Shown: piece by piece, positions 41,127-50,900 of the stretch
Layout of the letters: every line of letters begins with the position of its first letter
Position numbering within the stretch: the stretch's first letter is position 1
DNA from: Candidatus Sulfomarinibacteraceae bacterium
GTDB lineage: Bacteria; Acidobacteriota; Thermoanaerobaculia; Thermoanaerobaculales; Sulfomarinibacteraceae
NCBI GenBank assembly: GCA_963714895.1
Contig: CAVQQC010000016.1
Span: forward strand, 106,133 to 170,132
DNA length: 64,000 nt
Reading direction: 5' to 3'
Made by a program: the position numbers and the translations under genes
Notes under the pieces: generated by a model
The model's database searches: none
What the model was told of the DNA's origin: nothing
Seen by the model: the letters and a program-made list of their open reading frames with translations, nothing else

Positions 41127-41540
41127 ATGTTCAAAAAGAACCTTCCGGTCGCGATCTGCCTGGTCGCCGCCGCGACGATCCTGGTCGGCTATGGCCTCCA
41201 GGCCGACGAGTTCACCGAAACCGACGTCGAACGTTGGCAGGGCGAGTTCATGGTGGTGGTCACCGAGGGGCGCTCCCTGTGGGGCAGCCCGGAGCTCGGC
41301 ACCAACGGCGTCGCCTGCGGCCAGTGCCATCCCAATGCCGCCAACACCCACCCCGAGACCTACCCCAAGTTCCAACAGCAGCTCGGACGGGTGGCGACCT
41401 TCCGCGAGATGATCAACTGGTGCATCATGAACCCGCTCGAGGGCGAGACCCTCGCCCTCGACGACCGCCAGATGATCGCCCTCGAGGCCTACGCCACGTA
41501 TGAACGGCGCGGCGTGCCGCTTGCGCCCGGCAAGCACTGA
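41127..41540 (+). CDS. Secreted monoheme cytochrome c
   Basis: Signal peptide; CGQCH; REMINWCI (a further Cys, SoxA-like placement). Confidence 0.88.
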   Translation: MFKKNLPVAICLVAAATILVGYGLQADEFTETDVERWQGEFMVVVTEGRSLWGSPELGTNGVACGQCHPNAANTHPETYPKFQQQLGRVATFREMINWCIMNPLEGETLALDDRQMIALEAYATYERRGVPLAPGKH

Positions 41541-41560
41541 GCAACTCGCAACGAAACAAC

Positions 41561-41592
41561 AAGGCGGGCGCTGCGGCGCCCGCTTTTTCTTT
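41561..41592 (+). terminator. Rho-independent terminator
   Basis: GCGGGCGC-TGCG-GCGCCCGC-TTTTTCTTTT. Confidence 0.8.
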
Positions 41593-41617
41593 TGCAGATC
41601 GGTTTTCGATCGAGAGC

Positions 41618-41777
41618 GGGAGGGGACGAACCCCTCCCCATGGCGTTCATCGGCATCGCGGTCGTTTGCGAACGGCCCTGATATCCGTAGGGGCGGGGTT
41701 TATCCCCGCCCGGCATCCCGGCGTTCAGAAGCGACGTTCCATCGAGAACGCGAGGAGGGGATAAACCCCTCCCCTAC
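41618..41777. repeat. Cluster of three GTAG-family REP units
   Basis: Units at 41618-41640, 41687-41711 and 41753-41777, same family as 21845-21945. Confidence 0.8.
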
Positions 41778-41814
41778 GGCTTTGAGGAACGACATTCGTT
41801 CCGAGAATTCGTCG

Positions 41815-42306
41815 CTACTGCGCGGCGCCGCCCTCGGGGGGGCCGGCCTGGAAGGACTGCAGGGCGAGATACTGCTCCCCGAAGCGCTTGACGTGCTCCG
41901 ACTGCTGGTCGAACTGGTCCCAGTGGCCCTCCTCGGCGGCCACCAGCTCTTCGAAGAGCTTCTTGGTTCCCGAGTCCGCGTTCTGGGCGCACTCGTTGGC
42001 GAAGCGGTTGTACATCTGAATGGCGTCCTGCTCCAAAGCGTCGGCCTTCTTGAGCATGCCTTCCGCGTCGTGGATCTTCTCGATCTCGCGACCCACCTTC
42101 ATCTCGACGTCGCCGCCGAGAAAGAGGATGCGTTCGGCGATCATCTCGGCGTGCTGCATTTCCTGGATCGCGGTCATCTTCAACAGGTTGGCGAGCGGCG
42201 CGTAACCGAGGTCGTCCAACCGGAAGTGGAAATACATGTACTGGTGGATGGCCGACAGCTCATCGGCGATGGCGGTGTTGAGAAGATCGATGCTTTTTTC
42301 GTACAT
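41815..42306 (-). CDS. bfr: Bacterioferritin
   Basis: LNTAIADELSAIHQY, EMQHAE (heme Met), ERILFLGG, EEGHWD. Confidence 0.92.
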   Translation of the reverse strand: MYEKSIDLLNTAIADELSAIHQYMYFHFRLDDLGYAPLANLLKMTAIQEMQHAEMIAERILFLGGDVEMKVGREIEKIHDAEGMLKKADALEQDAIQMYNRFANECAQNADSGTKKLFEELVAAEEGHWDQFDQQSEHVKRFGEQYLALQSFQAGPPEGGAAQ

Positions 42307-42505
42307 AGGTGATCCTCCTTCGTTCGTCAGCGAATTCTACACCCCCCGTTTCCAGCCGGCTCGCGATCAGATCTTTTCGGTGTTCGCCGACTTGACAAAA
42401 TACGGTCGAGAAACGAGACTTTCCATATCACGCAGTCTTCTGATCAAGAACCTGGTCACTTCGAGGGCCCAAATACTTGTCGCGCGCAAACACGAAGGAG
42501 GGGTC

Positions 42506-43874
42506 ATGTTTCAACGCATCCGTCACTTCACACTCAGGTTTCCGATCGCGCCGGCCCGGCGCACGAACAGCACGGACATGGCTCGAATTGTGGTGGCGAT
42601 CGTGGTCTTGGCAGCCCTCGCATTTCCAGCGCAGGCGCAAGAAGAAAAGGGCTGGTCCTGGGGTCCCGAGATGCGCCTCAACCTGGTCAATGCCAACCCC
42701 TGGGTGATCGGCATCCATCCCGACAGCGGCTGGCAGCTGACCGTCGACATGCAGGCAAGAAACCGCGAGCTCCTCGGGATCGGAGTCGAGTGGTTCCCTC
42801 CATATTTCCCGAGAACGGACAAAAAAGGGTTCCTGGTCTTCGACGACCCGGATCACTGTCCTTCGTTCATCCCGTTTTCGGGCCAGATCACCACCTTCCA
42901 CACGTTCTATTGCAGCGCGACTCCCGATCCCGATAGTCCCGACTGCGTCCCTCCCGACTGGCGGCCGACGCTGCAATCCGCGGGAATCGATCCCTGTGCT
43001 GGATCCATCCCTGACTGGCTGATGGAGAGCCTGCGTTGGGAGAAGGACGAAACCTGGGTCGAGTTCACGCCCGGTCTGAGCGTGATGGATCCCGTCGGCA
43101 CCGGCACGTCGTTCCATCGAAGACACCGAGGAGGAGCGGCCGTTGCTCTGGAGGTGGGCGGGGAGCTGGCAGTTGGCGCCCTACGGACCCTACCTCGGCA
43201 CGGTCGGTGACGACGTCAGGTACGGAAGCTGGCGGCGCATGCCCGGTTTGGTGGTGGTGGCCGACCACGGGCCAGGAGTTCGTTTCAACCTGCCTGCGGA
43301 GGGCGAGACTGGGCCGGCGCCCGACTATTTCGACCTCATCGAACCGCGCGAGGCGTGGAACATGGCCGGTTTCTTCCAGTCGGCGGCGTACTCACTCATG
43401 GGCGGAACCCGCGAGACCTCGTTGATGGCCCACATGAACGTGCCTTATGGAGTGTTTGCTCCGGTCGTGCTGTTTGACAACAACATCAGCCTCCCGACTG
43501 TCGACGATGCGGGGGTGTTGTGTGGAACGAACGACGCCCTGTACCGGGTGGACGGCGGGCCCCTCACGTGTTGGGAAGGCGGAGGCTCGAGGAACATCGA
43601 CCCGATCGCCAATAAGACCGTCGTGACCGTGCGGGTCTTCATGCTCGACGGAGTTGCACCCGATATCCTCGTCGACATGGATGGCAACGGAAGAATCGAC
43701 ATCCACGACGCGGAACTGATGGGTTTCGACCCGGTCTCGAGTCAGCAGACGACCCGATTCACACAGTACTTCGAGATCCTCTGCGACCACTCCTACGATT
43801 TCGACGGCGACGGCCAGGGCGGCACCTGCGTTGCCGGCGCGCGGCCGGGAGGTCTCACCCAGCCGCCGCGATAG
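42506..43874 (+). CDS. Secreted hypothetical protein with Ca-binding (EF-hand/dockerin-like) motifs; frameshift near 43130
   Basis: RBS GAAGGAGG before ATG 42506; signal peptide ending AQA. Continues in ORF 43143..43874 (DMDGNGRIDIHD, DFDGDG). Confidence 0.65.
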
Positions 43875-46805
43875 TCCGAAAAACTGGAGGCCGTAACCGG
43901 GGCCGTCGGCGAGGCGCTGCGCTTCGCCGAGCTCCGGCAGGCCACTGTCGGCGCCGCGCCACAGGGTGAGGAACTCTCGGGCCTGGGCGGCCGACTTGTC
44001 AGGGCGGCCCATCGCGTCCAACACCTGCGCCAGCACCAGCCGCGCGCGGGCGCGGTCGAGCATGAGATCGAGGCGAGGGTCGGCCATGTCTCGAGATTCC
44101 GCAGCCTGACGCGCGGCGGCCATCGCCTCGGGCAACCGCCCGGCGGCGAGAAAGGCCTGTGCCAGGCCGAGGCGGTACACAGCGTACTCGTAGCCCTCGG
44201 ACGACACCGCCAGCGACAGCCGCTCCACTGCACGTCCGGCCTCCCCGTCCGCCAGCATCGCCATCCCCTCGAGATAGGCAGCCGCCTTGTCCTCGGTGCG
44301 ATCGGGGTCGTCGGCCGGCAGGGCGTTGCCGGCCACCGCCGAGGCTGTCGCGCGCACCGCCTCGAGATCGCCGAGCCGCAGTTCCAGAAACCCCCGGGTC
44401 ACCAGGTAGCGGGTCGGCACGCCGGGCGAGCGCTCGATGGCACGATCGATCAGACGGCGCGCCGCCCGGACGTCGCCGAGTTCGGCCAGGCAGTCGCCGC
44501 GCACCGCCAGGGCCATTGCCTCGCGGACCTGCTCCGCCTCGAGTTCGTCCTCGAGCGACGCCAGCATCTTTTCGGCCTCACGGAACCGCCCTCCGGACCG
44601 CAACACCGACGCCAGCTCGAAGACCGCGTCGAGACGGTCCCTCGGCGCCGCGCTCTCGTTCTCCACCAGCGACCGCAGGCGCTGCTGGGCATCGCCGAAG
44701 CGCCCCTCGAGCGCCTCCACCACGGCCAGGCTGTTGGTCGCGAGGTGGAATGCAGGATCAGATTCGAGAGCCGCCCGGTACTCTTCGGCCGCCAGGTCGA
44801 GCTCACCCTGGGCTCGGTAGGCGTCGCCGAGCGAGGCGTGGCCGTTGGCGCTGTCCGGCTCCAACTCCACGTAGCGCTGGAGTTCGACGACGGCGCCGGT
44901 GTAGTCGCCGTTCGCCAGGTGGGCGTAGCCGAGCATGCTCCGCACCACGCCATCGTCCGGGGCAAGTCTGGCGAGCACCTGGAGCTCTGCGATCTCCTCG
45001 TCGTAACGGCCGCTGTCGTGGAGCGCGCCGGCCAGCATATGCCGGGCGTCACTGTCGTACGGATAGGCCTCGACCAGCGCCCGGTACTGGGCCAGTGCGT
45101 CGTCGATCCTCGCCTCGAACTCGGCCTCCGCCGCTCGCACGTAGCGCGTCTCTCGGTCCGACAGCCCGTCGGATTCCGCGGCGGCCCTCTTGACTTCGTT
45201 CAGCGCCTCATCCCGCCTCCCGGTGGCCCCGTACACCCAGGCCAGCCGATAGCGGGCCATGGTGAAGTCGGGCGCCAGAGCCAACGCCTCGGAGAAGCCG
45301 CGCTCGGCTTCGTCGTACCGCCAATCGGCGAAGGCCCTCAGCCCCGAAACATAGGCCCTGTAGGCCTCGGGGTTCGCGGTGGCGAAGTCGGCAGAAAAGA
45401 CGTCGACGTTGTCTTCCGGTGGCAGCCCGAGCCCCCTGCGGGCCTCGGCGGCCACCTCATCCGCACACCCGAGCAGCGACCCGACCGCCAGACCATCCAT
45501 CCGCAGGGCCGCCACGCTGCGGCCGGTTCCGGATTCGACGATGCGCGCCGCCACCGTGATTCCCGATTCTCCGGGCAGGAACTCGCCCGACACCAGGACG
45601 TCAAATCCCCCGGCAGATTCGGAGACCTCGTCCGACACCACGTGCAGCAATCGCGAGCCGGTGAGGGCGTCGGTCACCAATCTGGCAACGGCCTCGCCGT
45701 ACCAGTCCAGGTTCGGCTCCCCGGTGCGGTTGACGAAATCGGCCACGGCCACGACAAACAGGGGCTGCTGCGCCACGGCAGCCGGGGCCTCCCCACCGGC
45801 ACCCGGCGCTGTCGGGGGCGACGCGCTCCGGTTGAGAACCCACCATCCGCCTGCTATCACCAGCAACGCCGCGGCCACACCGATCATCACGCGGCGTGCG
45901 GTTGAGAACCCGGGAATCGACAACGCTACCGTTTGCCGACCGCCGGAAACCGCGGTGCGCCCCGCATCGAAACCGCTCGCACTCAAGACCAGCGTCTGCT
46001 GTTCCATCCCGAGGTCCACTAGCAGCTCGCGAATATTCTGGTAACGCTGACCGGGCTCGCGCTGCAGGCACCTGCGGATCAACCGTTCGAGGTCTTCGGG
46101 CGCATCGGCCCGGAGATCCGCGACCGGGCGGACCTCCTGCGACAAAATGGCGAACATGATGGCGGTGGGATTGTCGCCCGCAAACGCGCGGGTTCCGGTG
46201 ACCATCTCGTACACGATGGTGCCGAGCGACCAGATGTCGGAACGAGGGTCGACCGTCTCGCTCTTGGCCTGCTCCGGCGACATATAGGCCGGGGTCCCCA
46301 GGGTCGCCCCGGTCTGCGTCATCTGGGTGACATCGCTCAGCTTCGCGAGCCCGAAGTCGAGGATCTTCACGCCACCGGGCGTGAGCATGATGTTGGCGGG
46401 TTTGATGTCGCGATGCACCACCCCGGCCTCGTGGGCGGCGGCAAGACCTTCCGCGATCTGGACGGTGATCGCGCGCGCCTCGTCGAACGGAACCGGCCCT
46501 CTCAGGATCCTCTCGCGGAGGGTCTCCCCGGCACAGTAGGCCATGGCGATGAACGGCCGACCATCTTCGGCTTCGCCGATTTCGTACACCGTGCAGATCC
46601 GCGGGTGGTCGAGAACCGACGCCGCCCTCGCCTCGCGGAGAAAACGCTCGCGGGCTTCCGGCGAGACCTCGTCCAACTCCGCCGTCAGGAACTTCAGGGC
46701 CACCGTACGGCCCAGGCGTTTGTCCTCGGCCCGGTAGACGACGCCCATCCCGCCCCTGCCGAGGCGATTCAACACCTTGTACTGGGATATCGTCTTCCCT
46801 TCCAT
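43392..46805 (-). CDS. Membrane Hanks-type Ser/Thr kinase with TolB-N-like and TPR region; true 3' end probably near 43880
   Basis: LGRGGMGVVY, VALK, HRDIKPAN, DFGLAK, GTPAYMSPEQ; TM helix; TPRs. The last ~160 codons overlap the convergent gene. Confidence 0.88.
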   Translation of the reverse strand: MEGKTISQYKVLNRLGRGGMGVVYRAEDKRLGRTVALKFLTAELDEVSPEARERFLREARAASVLDHPRICTVYEIGEAEDGRPFIAMAYCAGETLRERILRGPVPFDEARAITVQIAEGLAAAHEAGVVHRDIKPANIMLTPGGVKILDFGLAKLSDVTQMTQTGATLGTPAYMSPEQAKSETVDPRSDIWSLGTIVYEMVTGTRAFAGDNPTAIMFAILSQEVRPVADLRADAPEDLERLIRRCLQREPGQRYQNIRELLVDLGMEQQTLVLSASGFDAGRTAVSGGRQTVALSIPGFSTARRVMIGVAAALLVIAGGWWVLNRSASPPTAPGAGGEAPAAVAQQPLFVVAVADFVNRTGEPNLDWYGEAVARLVTDALTGSRLLHVVSDEVSESAGGFDVLVSGEFLPGESGITVAARIVESGTGRSVAALRMDGLAVGSLLGCADEVAAEARRGLGLPPEDNVDVFSADFATANPEAYRAYVSGLRAFADWRYDEAERGFSEALALAPDFTMARYRLAWVYGATGRRDEALNEVKRAAAESDGLSDRETRYVRAAEAEFEARIDDALAQYRALVEAYPYDSDARHMLAGALHDSGRYDEEIAELQVLARLAPDDGVVRSMLGYAHLANGDYTGAVVELQRYVELEPDSANGHASLGDAYRAQGELDLAAEEYRAALESDPAFHLATNSLAVVEALEGRFGDAQQRLRSLVENESAAPRDRLDAVFELASVLRSGGRFREAEKMLASLEDELEAEQVREAMALAVRGDCLAELGDVRAARRLIDRAIERSPGVPTRYLVTRGFLELRLGDLEAVRATASAVAGNALPADDPDRTEDKAAAYLEGMAMLADGEAGRAVERLSLAVSSEGYEYAVYRLGLAQAFLAAGRLPEAMAAARQAAESRDMADPRLDLMLDRARARLVLAQVLDAMGRPDKSAAQAREFLTLWRGADSGLPELGEAQRLADGPGYGLQFFGLSRRLGETSRPRAGNAGAALAVAVEIVGVVAEDLEVLCESGRLLTRDRVETHQFRVVDVDSSVAIHVDEDIGCNSVEHEDPHGHDGLIGDRVDVPRASAFPTREGPAVHPVQGVVRSTQHPRIVDSREADVVVKQHDRSKHSIRHVHVGHQRGLAGSAHE

Positions 46806-47053
46806 CGCTCCCAACCCGACGGCCTCTCAGAAGTTGGGCGCGCGCGACAATACGTTCATTGCGACGCCGATCTCAAGAACCGCCGGGATTCCCCGCACCA
46901 GTATAGAGAGTTCACGGCGGTGGCGTTTGTTTTCTCCTCAGACTGTTGTCCGGCCTCAAGCGAAAGCCCGCGAGTCAACGATCGAGAGGGCGCCAATTGA
47001 CAAAAGGGAGGGGATGAACCCCTCCCCTACAATGCTAAGAAGCAAAATGTGGG

Positions 47054-47201
47054 GAGCCTCTGAAAACCGTAAGGGCGGGGCAGGCCCGGCCACTCCAAAG
47101 GAATGCCCTTTGGGGGTTGGGGCGGCACCTGTGCCGCCCGGCCTCGATCAGGCGCGATACGTCAGATTTCGGCGGGATATTTCGAATTTTGCAGGAGGCT
47201 C
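47054..47201 (+). mobile_element. MITE copy 2 (more diverged)
   Basis: GAGCCTCTG...GGGGCGGCACCTGTGCCGCCCG...TTTTGCAGGAGGCTC. Confidence 0.8.
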
Positions 47202-47476
47202 CTGATACCATCCCTAGGTGCATTTCGGTCTTCTCATCGCCGTCCTCGTCATCATCGCCCTCTATCTGGTGGGCGGGGTCTTCCGTTACCTCCGCCAGGA
47301 GTTCCAGGAACCTCGAGACAAGGGCCGGCCGAGGCCGAAGGGCCGGAAGTAACTCAGCCTCTTCCAAAATCCACTGGACAGTCGCCGAAGTCGAGCTCAC
47401 TGCAGCGGCGAGTGACCCGCGTCACATCAGCGGCTTGAGCGAACCTGCTATCACTCGGAGGCTTGGAGGGCATCCC

Positions 47477-47698
47477 ATGAAGACGATCAGCGCGAAACTG
47501 CCCGACTCGTTGGTCGACGGCATCGACCGCGCGGCAAAAACCTTCGACTCGTCGCGGGCGCAGATTTTCCGGAGTGCGCTCGAGTCCTACCTTGCGGATC
47601 TGGACGAAGAATTCACGAGATCCTTGATCCTGCCCGCCGCCGAGGTCCTGCTTCTCGACTGGGACGACGTCGAGCAGTCGTTTCTGAGCGCGGACTGA
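47477..47698 (+). CDS. Ribbon-helix-helix (CopG/RelB-like) protein
   Basis: RBS GGAGG; MKTISAKLPDSLVDGIDRAA...SRAQIFRSALESYL; acidic tail LDWDDVE. Confidence 0.75.
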   Translation: MKTISAKLPDSLVDGIDRAAKTFDSSRAQIFRSALESYLADLDEEFTRSLILPAAEVLLLDWDDVEQSFLSAD

Positions 47699-47712
47699 CC
47701 GCAAGACTGAAA

Positions 47713-47867
47713 GAGCCTTTTGCAGAATTCGAAATACACCACCGAATTCGGAGTTATCGGGCCTGATCGAGGTCGGGCGGCACAGGTGCCGCCCCTACCC
47801 ACAAAGGACATTCCCTTGGAGTGGCGGGGCCTGCCCCGCCTTTGAATGTGAATATTGCTAGAGGCTC
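47713..47867 (-). mobile_element. MITE copy 3 (inverted)
   Basis: Reverse complement of copies 1 and 4; ends GAGCCTTTTGCAG / TTGCTAGAGGCTC. Confidence 0.85.
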
Positions 47868-47929
47868 GTATATTTTGTGGTGCAGGCGTCCCGCCTGCAC
47901 ATGCCAGCGTCAATTGGACATTATCGGGC

Positions 47930-50900
47930 CTAACCGGCTCTCTCCAGGGTGTCACGGACCTCACGAGCGGCCTTCACGACGTCGGCATCCGAGTCGTCGA
48001 GCGCGCCGTCGAGCACCTCGCGCAGCGGCTTCTCGTCCTCGAACAGGATCAGCGTCGTGACCGCGTTGCGACGGACCAACGGGTCGATGTTCTGACACAG
48101 ACGGCGCACCCTCTCGAAGGCGTCGTCCTCTGAGATCTTGCCGAGGCAGATCAACTCGGTCAAGACAGAGGACGCCGCCTCCACTCCGCGCCACTCCTCG
48201 CCTTCCAGGGCAGCCAGCAGGACCTTAGCGCCGCGGTCTTTGTCGCCGTAGATCAAGGTCCTCGCCGCCAGGTGCCGCACCGTCTCCGACTGGTCGAAAA
48301 GGGCGCGCTCGATCTGGGGATCCGCTGCAGCGCCGATGCCGATCAGAACTCCCAGCAAATCCTCCATCCGCTTCGGGTGGAGCCCCTTGGAGGCTCGTTG
48401 CAGCACCTGCGGAATCAGCCTCGCCTCTCCCAGTCTGGAGACGCAGTTGACCGCATTGGCGTAGCGGTTTCGGAAGTTCACGTCGGCGCCGACGCCCGGA
48501 TCGAGCGGTGGGTTGCGAAGGTTTTCGGCGTTGAGGGCCACCTCGACGAGATCGGAAAAAACCTCCTCGCCGCAGTCACCCGACCCTGCCGAAGAACCGG
48601 CCTGATAGGCGATCACCGCACCCTGGTTGACGCGCATCGCGCGCCCCTGAACGGTCACGCCGAGCTCGCCATAGAGGCGGCTGAACTTCACATCACCACG
48701 GGGCGAGGTCAGACTCCACAGACCCACCAGAACCAGGATCACCGCCGCCGAGACCACCGCCACCTTGAGGCCGAGGTTCCGGGAGAGGCCGGCGGCGATC
48801 TCCTTGACCGGCGCCACCTTGATCTGGCGCGCCCTTCGTTTGGCCTGTTCGCGGGTCTTCTCCTGCTCCTCGGTCCGGCTCTCGTCGCGAAACCTGACGA
48901 GCCGCTCGAGCTCCTGTTCGACCCGTTCCGGAGCGAGCCAGCCGAACCCACGCCGCCCCAGGTCTTCCAGCAGGTTCGCGAGCTGGTGATCCGACCACGT
49001 CGGGCGCCCACCCTCGGCGGAATCGCTCTCACGCAGCCTCAAGAAGACCTGCAGGAAGGGGCGAACCCGGTCGTCCCAGCTGGCGCTGTCGACGAGTTCC
49101 GGCTCCCAGTCGAGAAACCACAGACGGGCGCTGCCGTCGGCCCCGACAGACACCGCCGTGCCGCCGTCGCGATCGACCACCAGATCGGCCACCGCTCCCG
49201 AGTGACCCTTGACCACCCGGACCGCGCCTCCGGTGCGGGCATCCCACAAACGAACGGTGGCGTCCTTGCCCGCAGAAAGCAGGTACCGCGCATCGGGTGT
49301 GAAGGCGACCGCCAGCACCGCATCCTCGTGACCGGTCAGGGTGCGCCACATGCGACCGCTCTCGAGGTCCCACAACCTCACCGAGCCGTCGTCGCCGGCC
49401 GACGCCGCGAGTCGGCAGTCGGGGCTGACGGCGACCGCGTGGACCACGCCCTCGTGACCCGCGAGGCGGCGCAGCTCGACCCGTCGCCGCAGGCTCCACA
49501 CCGTGACCAGGTTGTCCCACCCGCCGCCCACCAGATACCTTCCGTCCGCGCTCACCGCGAGACTCGACACGGCGTCGTCGCACCCGCCCAGGGTCTCGGC
49601 CCGGGCGGTCTCGTCCAGCCGCCAGATGCGGACAGTCTTGTCGTCTCCGGCGGCGATCACCGACTGGTCTCCCGGGGCAAAGACCACCGACCGCACTGCC
49701 CCCCCGCCACTGCTGAAGGTGAAGCACCGCTCGCCGTCGGCGGCGCGCCACACCCCGATCGAACCGTCGCGTGCCGCAGTCGCCACCAGTTCGCCGTCGC
49801 CACTCACGACGAGTGCCGTCAGCCCCTTTTCGCCGACCGCGACGGAAAAGACCTCGTCGCCGCTGCGAGGGTCGAGACAGGTCAACGAGCCATCGCCGCC
49901 GCCGGCCAGAATCACCGAACCGTCGGGCGCCAGACCGCACGCCGTCAGGGGGCCGCGCCCGCCGCTGATTCTGCGCAGCTCGACGACGGCGCGGGACTCG
50001 GATTTCGGGAAGTGTGCCAGGACGCGGTTCCACAACTCGAGGGACTCCTGGTGGAGCTCGTAGCCCGGGACCGCCCGCGCCTCGCGCAACGGACCCACCG
50101 CCTCGGCCACCGCGCCCGATTGCAGGAGTTCGCGCGCTCTCCCCAGGTGTTCCTGGAACTGGAGCTCGCGTTGGGCGAGCTCGCCGGAGGCGGCAGATTC
50201 GGCGAGAACCAGTGGCAGGGGCGAGGCTGCCGGCTCACCCAGCGGCACCAGGTTGACGTGCGAGCCGAAGGCAGCGATCAGGGCCGAACCGTCGGCGGTC
50301 GCCGCCAGATCGTGGATCGGATTCGCCAGGCGAACGACCCGCTGGGACTCTCCCCGATCCAGCGACCACAAACGGATGGTGCCGTCCTCACCGCCGGCAG
50401 CGATCGACTCACCCACTGCGAGCACCCCCGTCGCTGCTCCCTTGTGGCCGCGCAGGAATCGGATGTTGCGGCCGGTCGCCGTGTCCCACACCCCGATGAG
50501 ACCGTCCTGTCCGGCGGTCAGGGCCACACGACCTTCTGCGGCGAACGCGACGCTTCGGAGGGGCCCCCGATGTCCCTCGAGCACGTGCACCGAGCGTCCC
50601 TCGACGAAATTCCACAGTCTGGCCGTACCGTCAGCACTCCCGGTGACGATAACGGGCTCGTTCGGGTGCCACGCCAGGGCGCTGAGAAAGGCCCGATGCC
50701 CTTGCAGCGTGCGCTCACACTCTCCGCTCTGGACATTCCACAATCGGAGCGCCCGGTCGGATCCACCGCTCGCGATCGTGCCTCCATCGGCTGAGAAATC
50801 GACGCAGGTCGCCACCCCGGGGTGGGGACGAAAGCTCCGCAACCGCCGCGCCGTGTCGAGGCTGAAGATCGTCAGCGGGCCGTTTTCCAGGCACACCACG

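Noticed and set aside
47035-47400. Minus-strand 121-aa ORF as an intact gene
   Set aside because: Its 3' half is MITE copy 2 sequence; at most a truncated remnant.
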